DNA from: Candidatus Bipolaricaulia bacterium
GTDB lineage: Bacteria; Bipolaricaulota; Bipolaricaulia; RBG-16-55-9
DNA length: 64,000 nt
Direction of reading: 5' to 3'
Assembly: GCA_042219045.1 (NCBI GenBank)
Contig: JBDGQO010000013.1
Location: forward strand, 17,348 to 81,347
The position numbers and the translations under genes are program-made. Positions 36,048-45,803 of the stretch are shown here, piece by piece (positions within the stretch are counted from its first letter, which is position 1; every line of letters begins with the position of its first letter). The notes below the pieces were generated by a model that saw only the letters and a program-made list of their open reading frames with translations, was not told where the DNA came from and ran no database searches.

Positions 36048-38795
36048 CTAACCTGTGTTCCGCAACCCGGCCGCGATGCCGTTGAGCGAGAGCAGAACAG
36101 CGCCGCGCAGGTCGGCGTCGGCGTCCGAAGTCGTTCCCGCCTGGAGCCGCTTCATCAGCTCGACCTGAAGGAAGTTGAGCGGGTCGATGTAGGGATTGCG
36201 GCGCCGGATGCTGTGCTGCAGCCAGGCTTCGTTGTCAAGCAACGCCGACTGGCCGGTGATCGTCAAGATCGCGTCCTCCGTCCGGCGATACTCGGCCTCG
36301 ATCGCGTCAATAACCGGAGCTTCCTCGTCACGAGCCAGCGTGGCGTAGCGCCGCATGATGGTCAGATCGGCTTGGCAGAGGCTGAGCTGCGCGTTGTCGA
36401 CGAGCGTGCGGAAGAACGGCCATTCCGCATACATCCGTTCCAGCTCCTCGGGCCCGTCCGTTGAGTGGCCCCGCAACTCGCTCTGGAGCGCCTGACCGAC
36501 CCCGTACCAGCCGGGCAGCCCCACGCGAGCTTGGGTCCAGGCGAAGACCCAGGGGATCGCGCGCAGATCTTCGATGCGCTCGCTCCCCTTGCGTCGGGAC
36601 GGGCGGGAGCCGATGTTGAGCTCGTCGATGTGGTCGATCGGGGTCATGCGATGGAACGCCGCGACGAACTCGGGGCGATCCACGAGGTCGCGATAGGCGT
36701 CGTAGGCCCGCTTGGCGAGCGCTTCGAGTTTGGGCAGCCATGCCGCCAATTGGTCGGGTTCGGGGTCCTCCTGCCCCGACAGCAGCACGGCGTGCACGAT
36801 CTGCTCCAGGTGGCGATGGGCGATCTCGGCGTCCGCGTAACGATCGCTGATGACCTCGCCCTGCTCGGTCAGCTTCAAGCGTCCCCGCAGCGACTCCGAA
36901 GGCTGCGCGCGGATGGCCCGATTGGCCGGGCCGCCGCCGCGGCCGACCGACCCGCCGCGACCGTGGAACAGCGTCAGCTCGACGTCATGGCGCTCGCAGA
37001 CGCGGGCGATCTCCTGCTGAGCCCGATAGAGCGCCCAGTTCGCCTCCAGATAGCCGCCGTCCTTGTTGGAGTCGCTGTAGCCGATCATGACTTCCTGATG
37101 GTCGCCGCGCCTCGCCAAGTGGTCCCGATACTCGGGGATCCGGAAGAGCGCGTCGAGCACCTGGGGGGCATGGCCCAAATCCGCGATCGTCTCGAACAAC
37201 GGCGCGATGTCCAGACGACCGAACAGCGCCGCGTCCGAGGCCAACAGCAGGATCTCGAGCACGTCGCTGGTGTCCTCGGTCATGCTGATGACGTAGCTGC
37301 CGATGGCATGGGGAGCAATTCGGTCCTTCGCGTGGCGCGCCAACCTCACGAGCCGCACCAGGTCGTTGGTCGGCTCGCTGAAGTGGAGCTCGGCCGTGAG
37401 CGGGCGCGGGCTGGCGATCTCGCCGCGCAGCAGCTCGACGCGCTCCGCCACGGTCAGATCCGTATAGTCCGCCGTCAGGGCGTAGCGCTCCAGGATCTCG
37501 GCAATCGCCTCGTGATGTCGATGGGCGTGCTGGCGCAGGTCCAGCTCGGCCACGTGGAACCCGAATGCCTGCACCCGTTGGATCAGCCGAGCGACGGCTC
37601 CTTCGGCCAAGGCGGTCGCCTGATGGCCGATCAAGCTCTCCCGGATCAGCTCGAGATCGGCCAAGAATTCCGCGGCGCTCGTATAGCCCGCCGGATCCGA
37701 TCCGCGTTCGGCCAAGGGCTGCGCGACGTGCCGTTGCGTCGCCTCGATGCGCTCGGCCATCAGGGTAACCTTCTGGCGATAGGGCTCGAGTTGGAAGCGC
37801 TCACAGATCGCCTCGCCACGTTCGCCGAGTCGGTCACGATCCGCGGCGATGCTGGCGTCAAGCTCGTCGGAGATCGTGACGTAAGTCCGGGCCATGCTGA
37901 GGTCATGTCCCAAGGCGTTGAGGTCGTCGCCGTAGCGAGCGAGCGCAAGCTCCTGGTGCATTCGCAGCGTCGCTTCCGTGGTGGCCGTGTCGACGTTCGG
38001 GTTGCCGTCGCGATCGCCGCCGATCCAAGAGCCGAAGCGCAGCACGGGGCCCACCTCGAAGGACGCGTCGGGATAGTGATGCGCCAGGGCCGATTCCAGC
38101 TCCGCGTAGATGCGCGGCACGACGTCGAACAGCGTCGTGTCGAAGAAATAGAGCCCGTTGTGGACCTCATCCCAAACCGTGGGTCGGCGGTCGCGCGTCT
38201 CGTCGGTCTGCCATAGCGCCGTGATGAGCTCGCGGAGCCGATGCATATGTTGGGCACGTTCGGGCGGCGTCAGCGCCAGGCGGTCCCGCTCGTCGAGGAT
38301 GTCGCCAATGGCGCGCTGCTTTTCCAAAATCGTCCGTCGCTTGGCTTCGGTGGGATGCGCCGTGAAGACCGGCTTGATCAGCAGATGCGCCAGACGATTT
38401 CGAACCGTCTCGGCCGAGGCGCCAGACTGTTTCAAACGGGCAACGGCGTCGTCGATGGTCTCACGCATCGGTACCTCATCTTGATGCGCCTCGGACAGAC
38501 GGTGTCGGAGCACGCGAACGCGGTGATTCTCCTCGGCGAGATTGATGAGCTGAAAGTAGACGGTAAACGCCTTCAGCACCGAACGCGTCTGTGGCAGATC
38601 GTGCACCAGATCGGCCATGTGCTCCGCCATGTGGGCTTCGGCGTCGGCGTCGCCCGCCCGAAGCGACTTGGTGGTGCTCCGGATCTCCTCAATAAGGTCG
38701 AACAGATCCGGCCCCTCTTGGGCAATGATCGTCTCACCGAGCATGTCGCCGAGCAGGCGCACCGTCGTGCTCAACTGGCTCTGCGGGTCGCTCAT
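36048..38795 (-). CDS. ppc: Phosphoenolpyruvate carboxylase
   Basis: FTAHPTE, SWIGGDRDGNP, PLFET, VMIGYSDSNKDGG, FHGRGGSVGRGG, LRAIPWVFAWTQ, C-terminal RNTG; start taken at ATG 38795. Confidence 0.97.
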   Translation of the reverse strand: MSDPQSQLSTTVRLLGDMLGETIIAQEGPDLFDLIEEIRSTTKSLRAGDADAEAHMAEHMADLVHDLPQTRSVLKAFTVYFQLINLAEENHRVRVLRHRLSEAHQDEVPMRETIDDAVARLKQSGASAETVRNRLAHLLIKPVFTAHPTEAKRRTILEKQRAIGDILDERDRLALTPPERAQHMHRLRELITALWQTDETRDRRPTVWDEVHNGLYFFDTTLFDVVPRIYAELESALAHHYPDASFEVGPVLRFGSWIGGDRDGNPNVDTATTEATLRMHQELALARYGDDLNALGHDLSMARTYVTISDELDASIAADRDRLGERGEAICERFQLEPYRQKVTLMAERIEATQRHVAQPLAERGSDPAGYTSAAEFLADLELIRESLIGHQATALAEGAVARLIQRVQAFGFHVAELDLRQHAHRHHEAIAEILERYALTADYTDLTVAERVELLRGEIASPRPLTAELHFSEPTNDLVRLVRLARHAKDRIAPHAIGSYVISMTEDTSDVLEILLLASDAALFGRLDIAPLFETIADLGHAPQVLDALFRIPEYRDHLARRGDHQEVMIGYSDSNKDGGYLEANWALYRAQQEIARVCERHDVELTLFHGRGGSVGRGGGPANRAIRAQPSESLRGRLKLTEQGEVISDRYADAEIAHRHLEQIVHAVLLSGQEDPEPDQLAAWLPKLEALAKRAYDAYRDLVDRPEFVAAFHRMTPIDHIDELNIGSRPSRRKGSERIEDLRAIPWVFAWTQARVGLPGWYGVGQALQSELRGHSTDGPEELERMYAEWPFFRTLVDNAQLSLCQADLTIMRRYATLARDEEAPVIDAIEAEYRRTEDAILTITGQSALLDNEAWLQHSIRRRNPYIDPLNFLQVELMKRLQAGTTSDADADLRGAVLLSLNGIAAGLRNTG

Positions 38796-39053
38796 GGGCA
38801 GATCCTTTCGGCTCTCCGTTTTTTCAGGGGACACGCGCGCGACAGGGCCCGATGATAAGCGCAGCGGCCGATTCCGTCCACGAGCCGTATCCGACCCCGA
38901 CGAAACCTGTCTGTCCTGAATCGAGCAGAGCGGACGCGCCAAGGGGACAGTGGACGGGTCCGCGAAACCTCGTCCGTGCGACGGTCGTAGATGGGGCGTC
39001 GAGTTGACCCGAAACGGGCCAAGACGCCGTTCGAGAATCGGAAGGAGGAGACC

Positions 39054-39332
39054 ATGCGGCAAACCGAGATCCGACTGACCGACGACCTCTGGGCGCTGCT
39101 GCAAGCGTCCAGCGACCCGGCGGAGACGATCAAAGAGGCGCTGGGCAGCTATTTCCTGTGCCGGTGCGATCGACTGGCCGCGGTCCCCGTGGACGCGCCC
39201 AAACGCCACGTTCCGGTCGACGACATGGTCTTCCTCACCGCCGCTCGACGGGCCCACGAGGAGCAACGCCCGACCGACATCGTGATCGCGGACGCGTTGC
39301 ACTGGTTCCTCGCCAGCGAGCAGGTCGCGTAA
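39054..39332 (+). CDS. Small protein, possibly two tandem ribbon-helix-helix units
   Basis: Strong SD AAGGAGGAG; two strand-helix-helix-like repeats ending EALGSYF and DALHWFL; terminator follows. Confidence 0.6.
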   Translation: MRQTEIRLTDDLWALLQASSDPAETIKEALGSYFLCRCDRLAAVPVDAPKRHVPVDDMVFLTAARRAHEEQRPTDIVIADALHWFLASEQVA

Positions 39333-39357
39333 GGAGCCTGTCGCATCGCCCATATGC

Positions 39358-39394
39358 GCGGGAGCGGGAAGTGCGTTTCCCGCTTCCGCTTGTT
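39358..39394 (+). terminator. Intrinsic terminator
   Basis: 14-bp stem GCGGGAGCGGGAAG-tgcg-TTTCCCGCTTCCGC followed by TTGTT. Confidence 0.6.
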
Positions 39395-39418
39395 AACGTA
39401 ACAGTGTTATGTTATGGT
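39390..39418 (+). promoter_or_regulatory. Promoter with a palindromic operator in the spacer, upstream of the yhbD-like operon
   Basis: TTGTTA-17 nt-TATGGT enclosing TAACGTAACA-G-TGTTATGTTA (39394-39414, 9/10 symmetric). Confidence 0.6.
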
Positions 39419-39789
39419 GATAGCCGTCGGGGTGATGCCCATGTTGCCACCGTCGCTGATCCCCAAGCCGGGAAAACCGAATCTGGAGTGACCTGGCGAG
39501 CGCTATCCGTTGCTGTGGGACGACGCGGCAATCGACCGGGCGATGCAGCGATTGCAGGGTAGGGCGACCCAGCGACAGCGCGTCGGCGATCGACTGGGCA
39601 ACTTGCTCATTCGGCTCGGGTGCCGACTCAAGCGGGTGCCCGTCTCGGACGCTAAGGGATTGACTGACGCCCATCGCCCCCCGTCGGCCACGACCGGCAA
39701 GTGAATCCCTGGGGCAACTCGTCCCCAACCGCCACGCCGTCGTGCCGCGCTACGGCCGAGTTGAGTACGGGGGTCACGAGGAGACCGCC

Positions 39790-40464
39790 ATGACCGCCGA
39801 GCAGTACGACTCAACCGCAAACGAGTCCCTGATTGCCAAGAAGGACGTTCTGGAGCTTATGGACATCTCCTACGGCCAGTTCTACCGCTGGAAGCGGAAG
39901 GGACTGATTCCGGAAAGCTGGTTCATGCGCAAGAGCACGTTTACCGGTCAGGAGACGTTCCTGCCGCGCGGGCTGATTCTGGATCGCATCGAGGCGATCA
40001 AGTCCCTCAAGGACGACCACAGCCTGGAGGAGATCGCGGAGCTGCTGTCGCCGGAGCCCTCCAAGCACACGTTCCGCGCTGACGAACTCCGACAACAGGG
40101 CTGGATCCGCCCCGAGACGCTGGATCGCTATCGCGCGCTCACTGGAGAAGTCGGCCCGTACCGCTTTCGCGACCTCGTGCTCATGGAGCTGATCGACGCG
40201 CTGGAGCAGGACTACGGCCTGGACCGAACGTCGGTCGACCGGATGGTCGCCACGGTCTGGCACAGTCGCATCGACGTCGGCGCCGAGGGCGCCGAGTGGA
40301 CAGTCTACCTGGTGGAGACCCGCGGGGGCGAGAAGCTCGGGTGCCTGTCGCCGGCAGCGCAGATCCACGTCGAGCCGATGGCGACTGTGCGAATCCGAAT
40401 GGCCTTGGGCATGGTGTTGGAACGAACTCGACGGCGATTCAGCCAACGACGGGAGGCGCGATGA
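39790..40464 (+). CDS. YhbD / DUF4004 family putative DNA-binding protein
   Basis: LIAKKDVLELMDISYGQFYRWKRKGLIPESWFMRKSTFTGQETF...SLEEIAELLS. Confidence 0.88.
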   Translation: MTAEQYDSTANESLIAKKDVLELMDISYGQFYRWKRKGLIPESWFMRKSTFTGQETFLPRGLILDRIEAIKSLKDDHSLEEIAELLSPEPSKHTFRADELRQQGWIRPETLDRYRALTGEVGPYRFRDLVLMELIDALEQDYGLDRTSVDRMVATVWHSRIDVGAEGAEWTVYLVETRGGEKLGCLSPAAQIHVEPMATVRIRMALGMVLERTRRRFSQRREAR

Positions 40465-40670
40465 TCGTGCTTCGGGATCTGGTGCGACTGTTGATCGCGG
40501 GGACGTTCGTGGTCGTCGGCCTGCTGGTCGCGGTCGGCGTCCTGAAGCTTGCGGTCGTTTTGATGGGCTTGCTCGTGCCCGTATTGTTCGGAGTTGGTGC
40601 CCTGTATCTGGGCTATCGTTGGTGGCAGCGTTACGGACCCCGTGTGACGGGAAGGAGGACGCGATGGTGA
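40461..40670 (+). CDS. Small membrane protein
   Basis: SD GGAGG, ATGA coupling to the upstream gene, two hydrophobic segments, basic tail. Confidence 0.6.
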   Translation: MIVLRDLVRLLIAGTFVVVGLLVAVGVLKLAVVLMGLLVPVLFGVGALYLGYRWWQRYGPRVTGRRTRW

Positions 40671-41551
40671 ACGAACGCACGGAATCGAACGACCATGCAG
40701 AGCGCGCCAAGATCGCCGGAGTGGGCCGCATCAGCGGCGGGACATATGAAAGCGTCAAGGTGTCCGGGTCGGGTGTCGTCGACGGTGACGTCTCGGCGGG
40801 AACGATCGGCGTGGCTGGGTCCTGCAAGATCAACGGCAGCGCCAGGGCCGACGAGATCAAGACCGCGGGCTCCTGCCGCGTCAAGGGCGAGGTGCGCGCT
40901 GAGGAGCTTCGCACGTCGGGCTCCTGTGCGATCGACGGCGCCATTGCCGCTGACACCCTCAAGTGCTCCGGATCGCAGCGCGTCGACGACAGCGTCAATG
41001 CCGGCTACGTCAAGATCAGCGGCTCCATCCGGGTGAAGGGCAACCTTGAAACCGACAGATTCGTTTCCGAGGGCTCGTTCAGGGTCGAAGGGCTGCTCTC
41101 CGGCGACGAGGTTGCCATCCAATTGGGCGGCAACTGCCAGGCCCAAGAGATCGGCGGCGAACGGATCGAGGTGCGCAGCGGCGCGTCCCGGGGCTTTGAC
41201 CCGGAGGAGGGCTCCAAGCATGCGGAGCGCCAGAGTCGGGACGATCCCTGGACGTTCCGGGAGATGGGCCTTGGCATCGACGTGGATTGGCGAAAGATGA
41301 CGCGAGAAATGAGCAAGCTTGGATCCAAGCTCGGCAACCTCGGGCTATCGATGACGGGCATCGGCGGCCACGGAACGCTGCGAGCCGACGCGATCGAGGG
41401 CGACGAGATCTATCTGGAGTCAACCCAGGCTAAGCTCGTCCGAGGAAAGCGGGTCCTAATCGGGCCGGACTGCGAGATCGAGCGGGTGGAGTACGAGGAC
41501 GAGATTCGCGTCCACGATCAAGCAGATGTTGCAGAGACGGCGCAAACGTAG
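40664..41551 (+). CDS. Polymer-forming cytoskeletal (bactofilin, YhbE/F-like) protein
   Basis: Repeated xSGSxxxxGxV beta-helix units, EIGGERIEV, IEGDEIYLEST, VRGKRVLIGPDCEIERVEY. Confidence 0.85.
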   Translation: MVNERTESNDHAERAKIAGVGRISGGTYESVKVSGSGVVDGDVSAGTIGVAGSCKINGSARADEIKTAGSCRVKGEVRAEELRTSGSCAIDGAIAADTLKCSGSQRVDDSVNAGYVKISGSIRVKGNLETDRFVSEGSFRVEGLLSGDEVAIQLGGNCQAQEIGGERIEVRSGASRGFDPEEGSKHAERQSRDDPWTFREMGLGIDVDWRKMTREMSKLGSKLGNLGLSMTGIGGHGTLRADAIEGDEIYLESTQAKLVRGKRVLIGPDCEIERVEYEDEIRVHDQADVAETAQT

Positions 41552-41599
41552 GCCCTATCGAACGACTTGCTGATGCGATGAGGGGAACGACGCTGTCCG

Positions 41600-42394
41600 T
41601 CCAGCATTACATTGTTTACCGGCATCCAGGGCATCCCGATGCGCCAAATCCGTCCCTACATGGACGAGCTGATTGAGCTGTTCGACCTCGGCGACAAAAC
41701 GAAGACGCCGGCGCGGATGCTCCGCGCGGCATGCAACAGAAGCTGGTGTTGGCCTGTGCCATGGTCAAGCAGACGGAGGTCCTGTTGCTGGACGAGCCCA
41801 CGCTCGGCCTCGACGTCGAGACCTCCCACGAACTCCGGCAGATCCTCAAGGACATGGCCGGCCGTGGCGAGCGGACCGTCCTGCTCTCCAATCACGACAT
41901 GAACGTCGGCCAGGACATCTATGACCGAGTTATTGTCATCAATCAAGCCGCACCGTCATCGACGACCACGTGGCCAATCGCTTGGAATTGGTCCGCGCCA
42001 AAGCGTACGAGTTTTCGGTCAGCGGCCATCTGAGCGAGACACAGACGCGTCGCCTGATCGAGCAGTTCGAGATGATCGAGTCCATCGACCGCCGTGATCC
42101 GAACCTGGAAGAGATCTTCTGGATCCTTGTGAGGGAGAGCACTGTGAGGGAGGAGCACTGATGGCGACGCTGGTCATGCTCAAGGCGATGGTGGAGCGGT
42201 ATTACGTCAACACGGCCTCGCTCGTCGTCAGCATCCGCTTCGTCTTTGTCGCGATCTTCGCCTACTCCGAGGTTGAAGTTTCTACCGCTTTCATGGGGAA
42301 CATGGAGACCGAGGGGGCACTCCTGATCACACGATGTTTCGTGCTTGACAACCCAACGACGTGTCGGCTCACTGCTAACGTGGCGGAGGCTTAG
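41600..42394 (+). pseudogene. Degraded ABC-2 exporter: ATPase fragment and permease fragment
   Basis: No Walker A. LSRGMQQK signature broken by a 1-nt loss near 41723; LLLDEPTLGLD and H-loop intact; second 1-nt loss near 41947; PNLEEIF tail; short permease-like ORF at 42161. Confidence 0.75.
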
Positions 42395-42489
42395 GATGTC
42401 GCGATTTGCGGAAAGATTCCGTCTGACGTTAGCCTCCAGCTAGATTCACGCGAAAAATGCCACCTAAATTCAATGCAGGGTGATGTCGG

Positions 42490-42870
42490 ATGACGAGGGC
42501 TAGCGATGACGCGCCTCGAATTGTCGAATGCACATGGGGCCACATCCATCTGGACGACGGCTCAGTCCACAAAGACGCCAAACTCTACCCGGGCGGGGCT
42601 CGCGAATGGGACTGGAACGAGACCGGAACGCGCCACTCACCCGGAATCCAGCCCGCCGACGTGCAGGAGTTGATTGACCATGGCGCCAAGGTCATCGTGC
42701 TCGCCAAGGGCGTCTTCGAGCGCCTCCAAGTTAGCCCCGAGACACGGCAATGGCTGCATGACCACGATCTGGACGTCCGCATCATGCCGACCAAGGCCGC
42801 GGTGAGTACGTACAATGACTTAGTCAACGACGGGCGATCGGTCGGCGCGCTCATCCACTCCACTTGTTGA
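42490..42870 (+). CDS. Mth938-like domain protein
   Basis: KDAKLYPGG, WDWNETGTRHSPGIQ, C-terminal GALIHSTC. Confidence 0.85.
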   Translation: MTRASDDAPRIVECTWGHIHLDDGSVHKDAKLYPGGAREWDWNETGTRHSPGIQPADVQELIDHGAKVIVLAKGVFERLQVSPETRQWLHDHDLDVRIMPTKAAVSTYNDLVNDGRSVGALIHSTC

Positions 42871-43030
42871 CGGCGTCAAGTGCGCAGCGTCGTGACGGCA
42901 GGAGATCGAATATCGGCCTGCGGCGAGCAGACGTACTTGAGCCCTCCGTCGACTGGGAACGGGCGTGATCTTCGGGCCTTTGAGATTCCGGCCCCAGTGC
43001 GTACAATAGGGGCCGCACCGGGGGATCACG

Positions 43031-45784
43031 ATGACTGACTCGTTGGAGCGAATCGCTCGATCCAGTCCGACTTACGTCGAAGAGCTTTACCAACAGTTCC
43101 GACAGGACCCCACCAGCGTACCGGAGGAGTGGGCGCTCGTCTTCAAGGGCTACGAGTTCGGCCTTGAGGCATCAGCTCCGGCTAGCGGTACGGATAAGGA
43201 TGGCAACCCACCGGGCGTGCTTGACCTCGTCCACTCCTATCGCGAGTTCGGGCACCTGATCGCCGAGATCGATCCGCTCGGGCGCCGCTCGCGCGAGCAT
43301 CCGCTATTGCGGCTTGAGGAGTTTGGGCTTAGCGAGGACGACTTGGATCGAGAGGTCTCCAGCCCCTTCTACGGGCTGGAAGTCGCCGCGTTGGGCGAAG
43401 TCTACGACGCGCTGCAGAGGACCTACTGCCGATCGCTGGGCGTGGAGTTCATGCACATCGGCGATACCGAGCGCCGCGAATGGCTCCTGGAGCGTATGGA
43501 GCCGACCTACAACCGGCCCCACCGCTCGGCCGAGCAGCGGAAGTGGCTCCTGCGCCAGCTCGTGGAAGCCAACGGGCTGGAACGGTTCCTCCATGCTCAC
43601 TATCGCGGCGCCAAGCGCTTCTCCAGCGAGGGCGGCGAGGCCCTCATTCCACTGCTGAATTCGCTCTTGGAGCGCGCCGGCTCGCAGGGCGTCCAGGAAA
43701 CGGTCATGGGCATGCCCCACCGGGGCCGCCTCACGGTGCTGGCCCACGTGCTGCACAAGCCGAAGGAGCTCATTCTGGCCGAGTTCGAGGGCCTCCAAGA
43801 GAACGAGGACGTCAAGTACCACATGGGCTACTCGCGGGACTACACGACAGAAAGCGGCCAACAGATGCACCTGACCCTTGCCCACAACCCGAGCCACCTC
43901 GAGGCTGTCGATCCCGTCGTGCTTGGCCAGGTTCGCGCCAAGCAGCGCATCCGCGGCGACCAGGCCCAAGCCAAGGTCATTCCGGTCTTGATGCACGGCG
44001 ACGCCGCGTTTTCCGCTCAGGGAATCGTTTACGAAACGCAGCAACTCTCGGCGCTGGACGGGTTCAAAACCGGGGGCACCGTCCATCTGCTGATCAACAA
44101 CCAACTCGGCTTCACCACCCGACCCAAGGACGCGCGCTCTACCCGATACGCCAGCGACATCGCCAAGATCGTCGGCGCCCCTGTCTTCCACGTCAACGCC
44201 GACGATCCCGAAGCCGTCATCTGGGCCGCGGAGCTTGCGCTCGACTATCGCCAGACGTTCGGCACTGACGTCGTTATCGACTTCGTCTGCTATCGCCAAT
44301 ACGGGCACAACGAGCTGGACGATCCGGCATTCACGCAGCCGGCGATGTACAACTTGATCAGCAATCATCCCAGCGTAACCGACATTTATGCCGAACAATT
44401 GCAGGGCGAAGGCATCATCGGCGAGGGCGATCTGCAACGGATGCGCGACGAGGTCCGCGCCGACTTGGACGAGGCCCTCGAGTGCGCCAGGGACGAAGCG
44501 TGTGTGGAGACCAAGGAAGTTCCCTTCCGTCGCTTTTGGGAGGGATTCGGCCCGGCCGGCAACGACTGGGGCGCCCGCACCCGCTTGGACGCCGACACCC
44601 TGAAGAGCATCGCGGATCAGTTGCCCGAGTTTCCGGTGGACTTCACGCCCCATCGGCGCATCCCGAAGATGTTCAATCAGATCCGGGACCTCGTCCACGA
44701 GGGCGAGGACCTCCATTGGGCCATCGGCGAGACGCTCGCCTACGGCAGCCTGCTCTTGGAGAACTATCCCATCCGCCTCTGTGGCCAGGACAGCGAGCGG
44801 GGGACGTTCTCCCACCGACACGCCGTCCTCTACGACGCGGAGAACGCCAATCGCTACGTGCCGCTCAACGATCTCGACGAAGCGCAGGCCCAGTTCGAGG
44901 TCGTCAACAGCCCGTTGAGCGAGCTGGGCGTGCTGGGGTTCGAGTACGGCATGGCCAGCTCGGACCCCTATCGACTGGTCATTTGGGAAGCCCAATACGG
45001 CGACTTCGCCAACGGCGCCCAAGTCGTGATCGACCAGTTCGTCACCAGCGGCGAGGCGAAGTGGAGCCGCCAGAACGGCCTCGTGATGCTGTTGCCGCAC
45101 GGCTACGAGGGCCAAGGTCCGGAGCACTCCAGCGCCCGATTGGAGCGATTCCTGCAACTGGCGGGCGAGAACAACATCCAGGTCGCGTACCCGACGACGC
45201 CGGCCCAGTTCTTCCACCTGTTGCGCCGCCAGATGCACCGCGATTTCCGGAAACCGCTCATCGTCATGACGCCGAAGAGCATGCTGCGCCACAAGCGGGC
45301 CGTGTCCTCGCTGTCCGAGTTCACCGCGCAGGACTTCCAGACGGTCCTGCGCGATGACGTCCCGTCGGATCCGCAACGCGTCGTCATGTGCTCGGGCAAG
45401 GTCTATTACACGCTGCTCGAGGCCCGAGAGGAGCGCGGCCTCGACGATCAGGTGGCGCTCGTGCGCGTGGAGCAGCTCTATCCCTTCCCGGAGCGAGAGC
45501 TGCGCGAAGCGCTGGGCCAATATTCGGAAGAGGCCGAGCTTGTCTGGGTGCAAGAGGAGCCGCAGAACCAGGGCGCCTGGCGCTACATGCAGACGCGGCT
45601 GCCGCTGGTGATCGGCGACGATCGGCCGGTTCGCTACATCGGACGCCCGGAAGCCGCCAGCCCCGCCACCGGCAACTTCAAGACCCACAAGCGCGAGGAG
45701 GAGCTCCTCATCGACGAGGCCCTCGCCGAGCTCACGTCCGAGCAAGCGGACGCCGCCTCCGCCAAAGCTGGCCAGAGCCCGTAA
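43031..45784 (+). CDS. sucA: 2-oxoglutarate dehydrogenase E1
   Basis: KRFSSEG, GMPHRGRL, NPSHLE, HGDAAF, GHNE, GQDSERGTFSHRH, GYEGQGPEHSSARLERFLQL. Confidence 0.97.
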   Translation: MTDSLERIARSSPTYVEELYQQFRQDPTSVPEEWALVFKGYEFGLEASAPASGTDKDGNPPGVLDLVHSYREFGHLIAEIDPLGRRSREHPLLRLEEFGLSEDDLDREVSSPFYGLEVAALGEVYDALQRTYCRSLGVEFMHIGDTERREWLLERMEPTYNRPHRSAEQRKWLLRQLVEANGLERFLHAHYRGAKRFSSEGGEALIPLLNSLLERAGSQGVQETVMGMPHRGRLTVLAHVLHKPKELILAEFEGLQENEDVKYHMGYSRDYTTESGQQMHLTLAHNPSHLEAVDPVVLGQVRAKQRIRGDQAQAKVIPVLMHGDAAFSAQGIVYETQQLSALDGFKTGGTVHLLINNQLGFTTRPKDARSTRYASDIAKIVGAPVFHVNADDPEAVIWAAELALDYRQTFGTDVVIDFVCYRQYGHNELDDPAFTQPAMYNLISNHPSVTDIYAEQLQGEGIIGEGDLQRMRDEVRADLDEALECARDEACVETKEVPFRRFWEGFGPAGNDWGARTRLDADTLKSIADQLPEFPVDFTPHRRIPKMFNQIRDLVHEGEDLHWAIGETLAYGSLLLENYPIRLCGQDSERGTFSHRHAVLYDAENANRYVPLNDLDEAQAQFEVVNSPLSELGVLGFEYGMASSDPYRLVIWEAQYGDFANGAQVVIDQFVTSGEAKWSRQNGLVMLLPHGYEGQGPEHSSARLERFLQLAGENNIQVAYPTTPAQFFHLLRRQMHRDFRKPLIVMTPKSMLRHKRAVSSLSEFTAQDFQTVLRDDVPSDPQRVVMCSGKVYYTLLEAREERGLDDQVALVRVEQLYPFPERELREALGQYSEEAELVWVQEEPQNQGAWRYMQTRLPLVIGDDRPVRYIGRPEAASPATGNFKTHKREEELLIDEALAELTSEQADAASAKAGQSP

Positions 45785-45803
45785 CGACCACTGAGGAGCG
45801 ATT

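Noticed and set aside
36048-39353. 1101-aa PEP carboxylase with an N-terminal extension
   Set aside because: The extension is the antisense frame of the 39054 ORF and intergenic DNA; homology begins at ATG 38795
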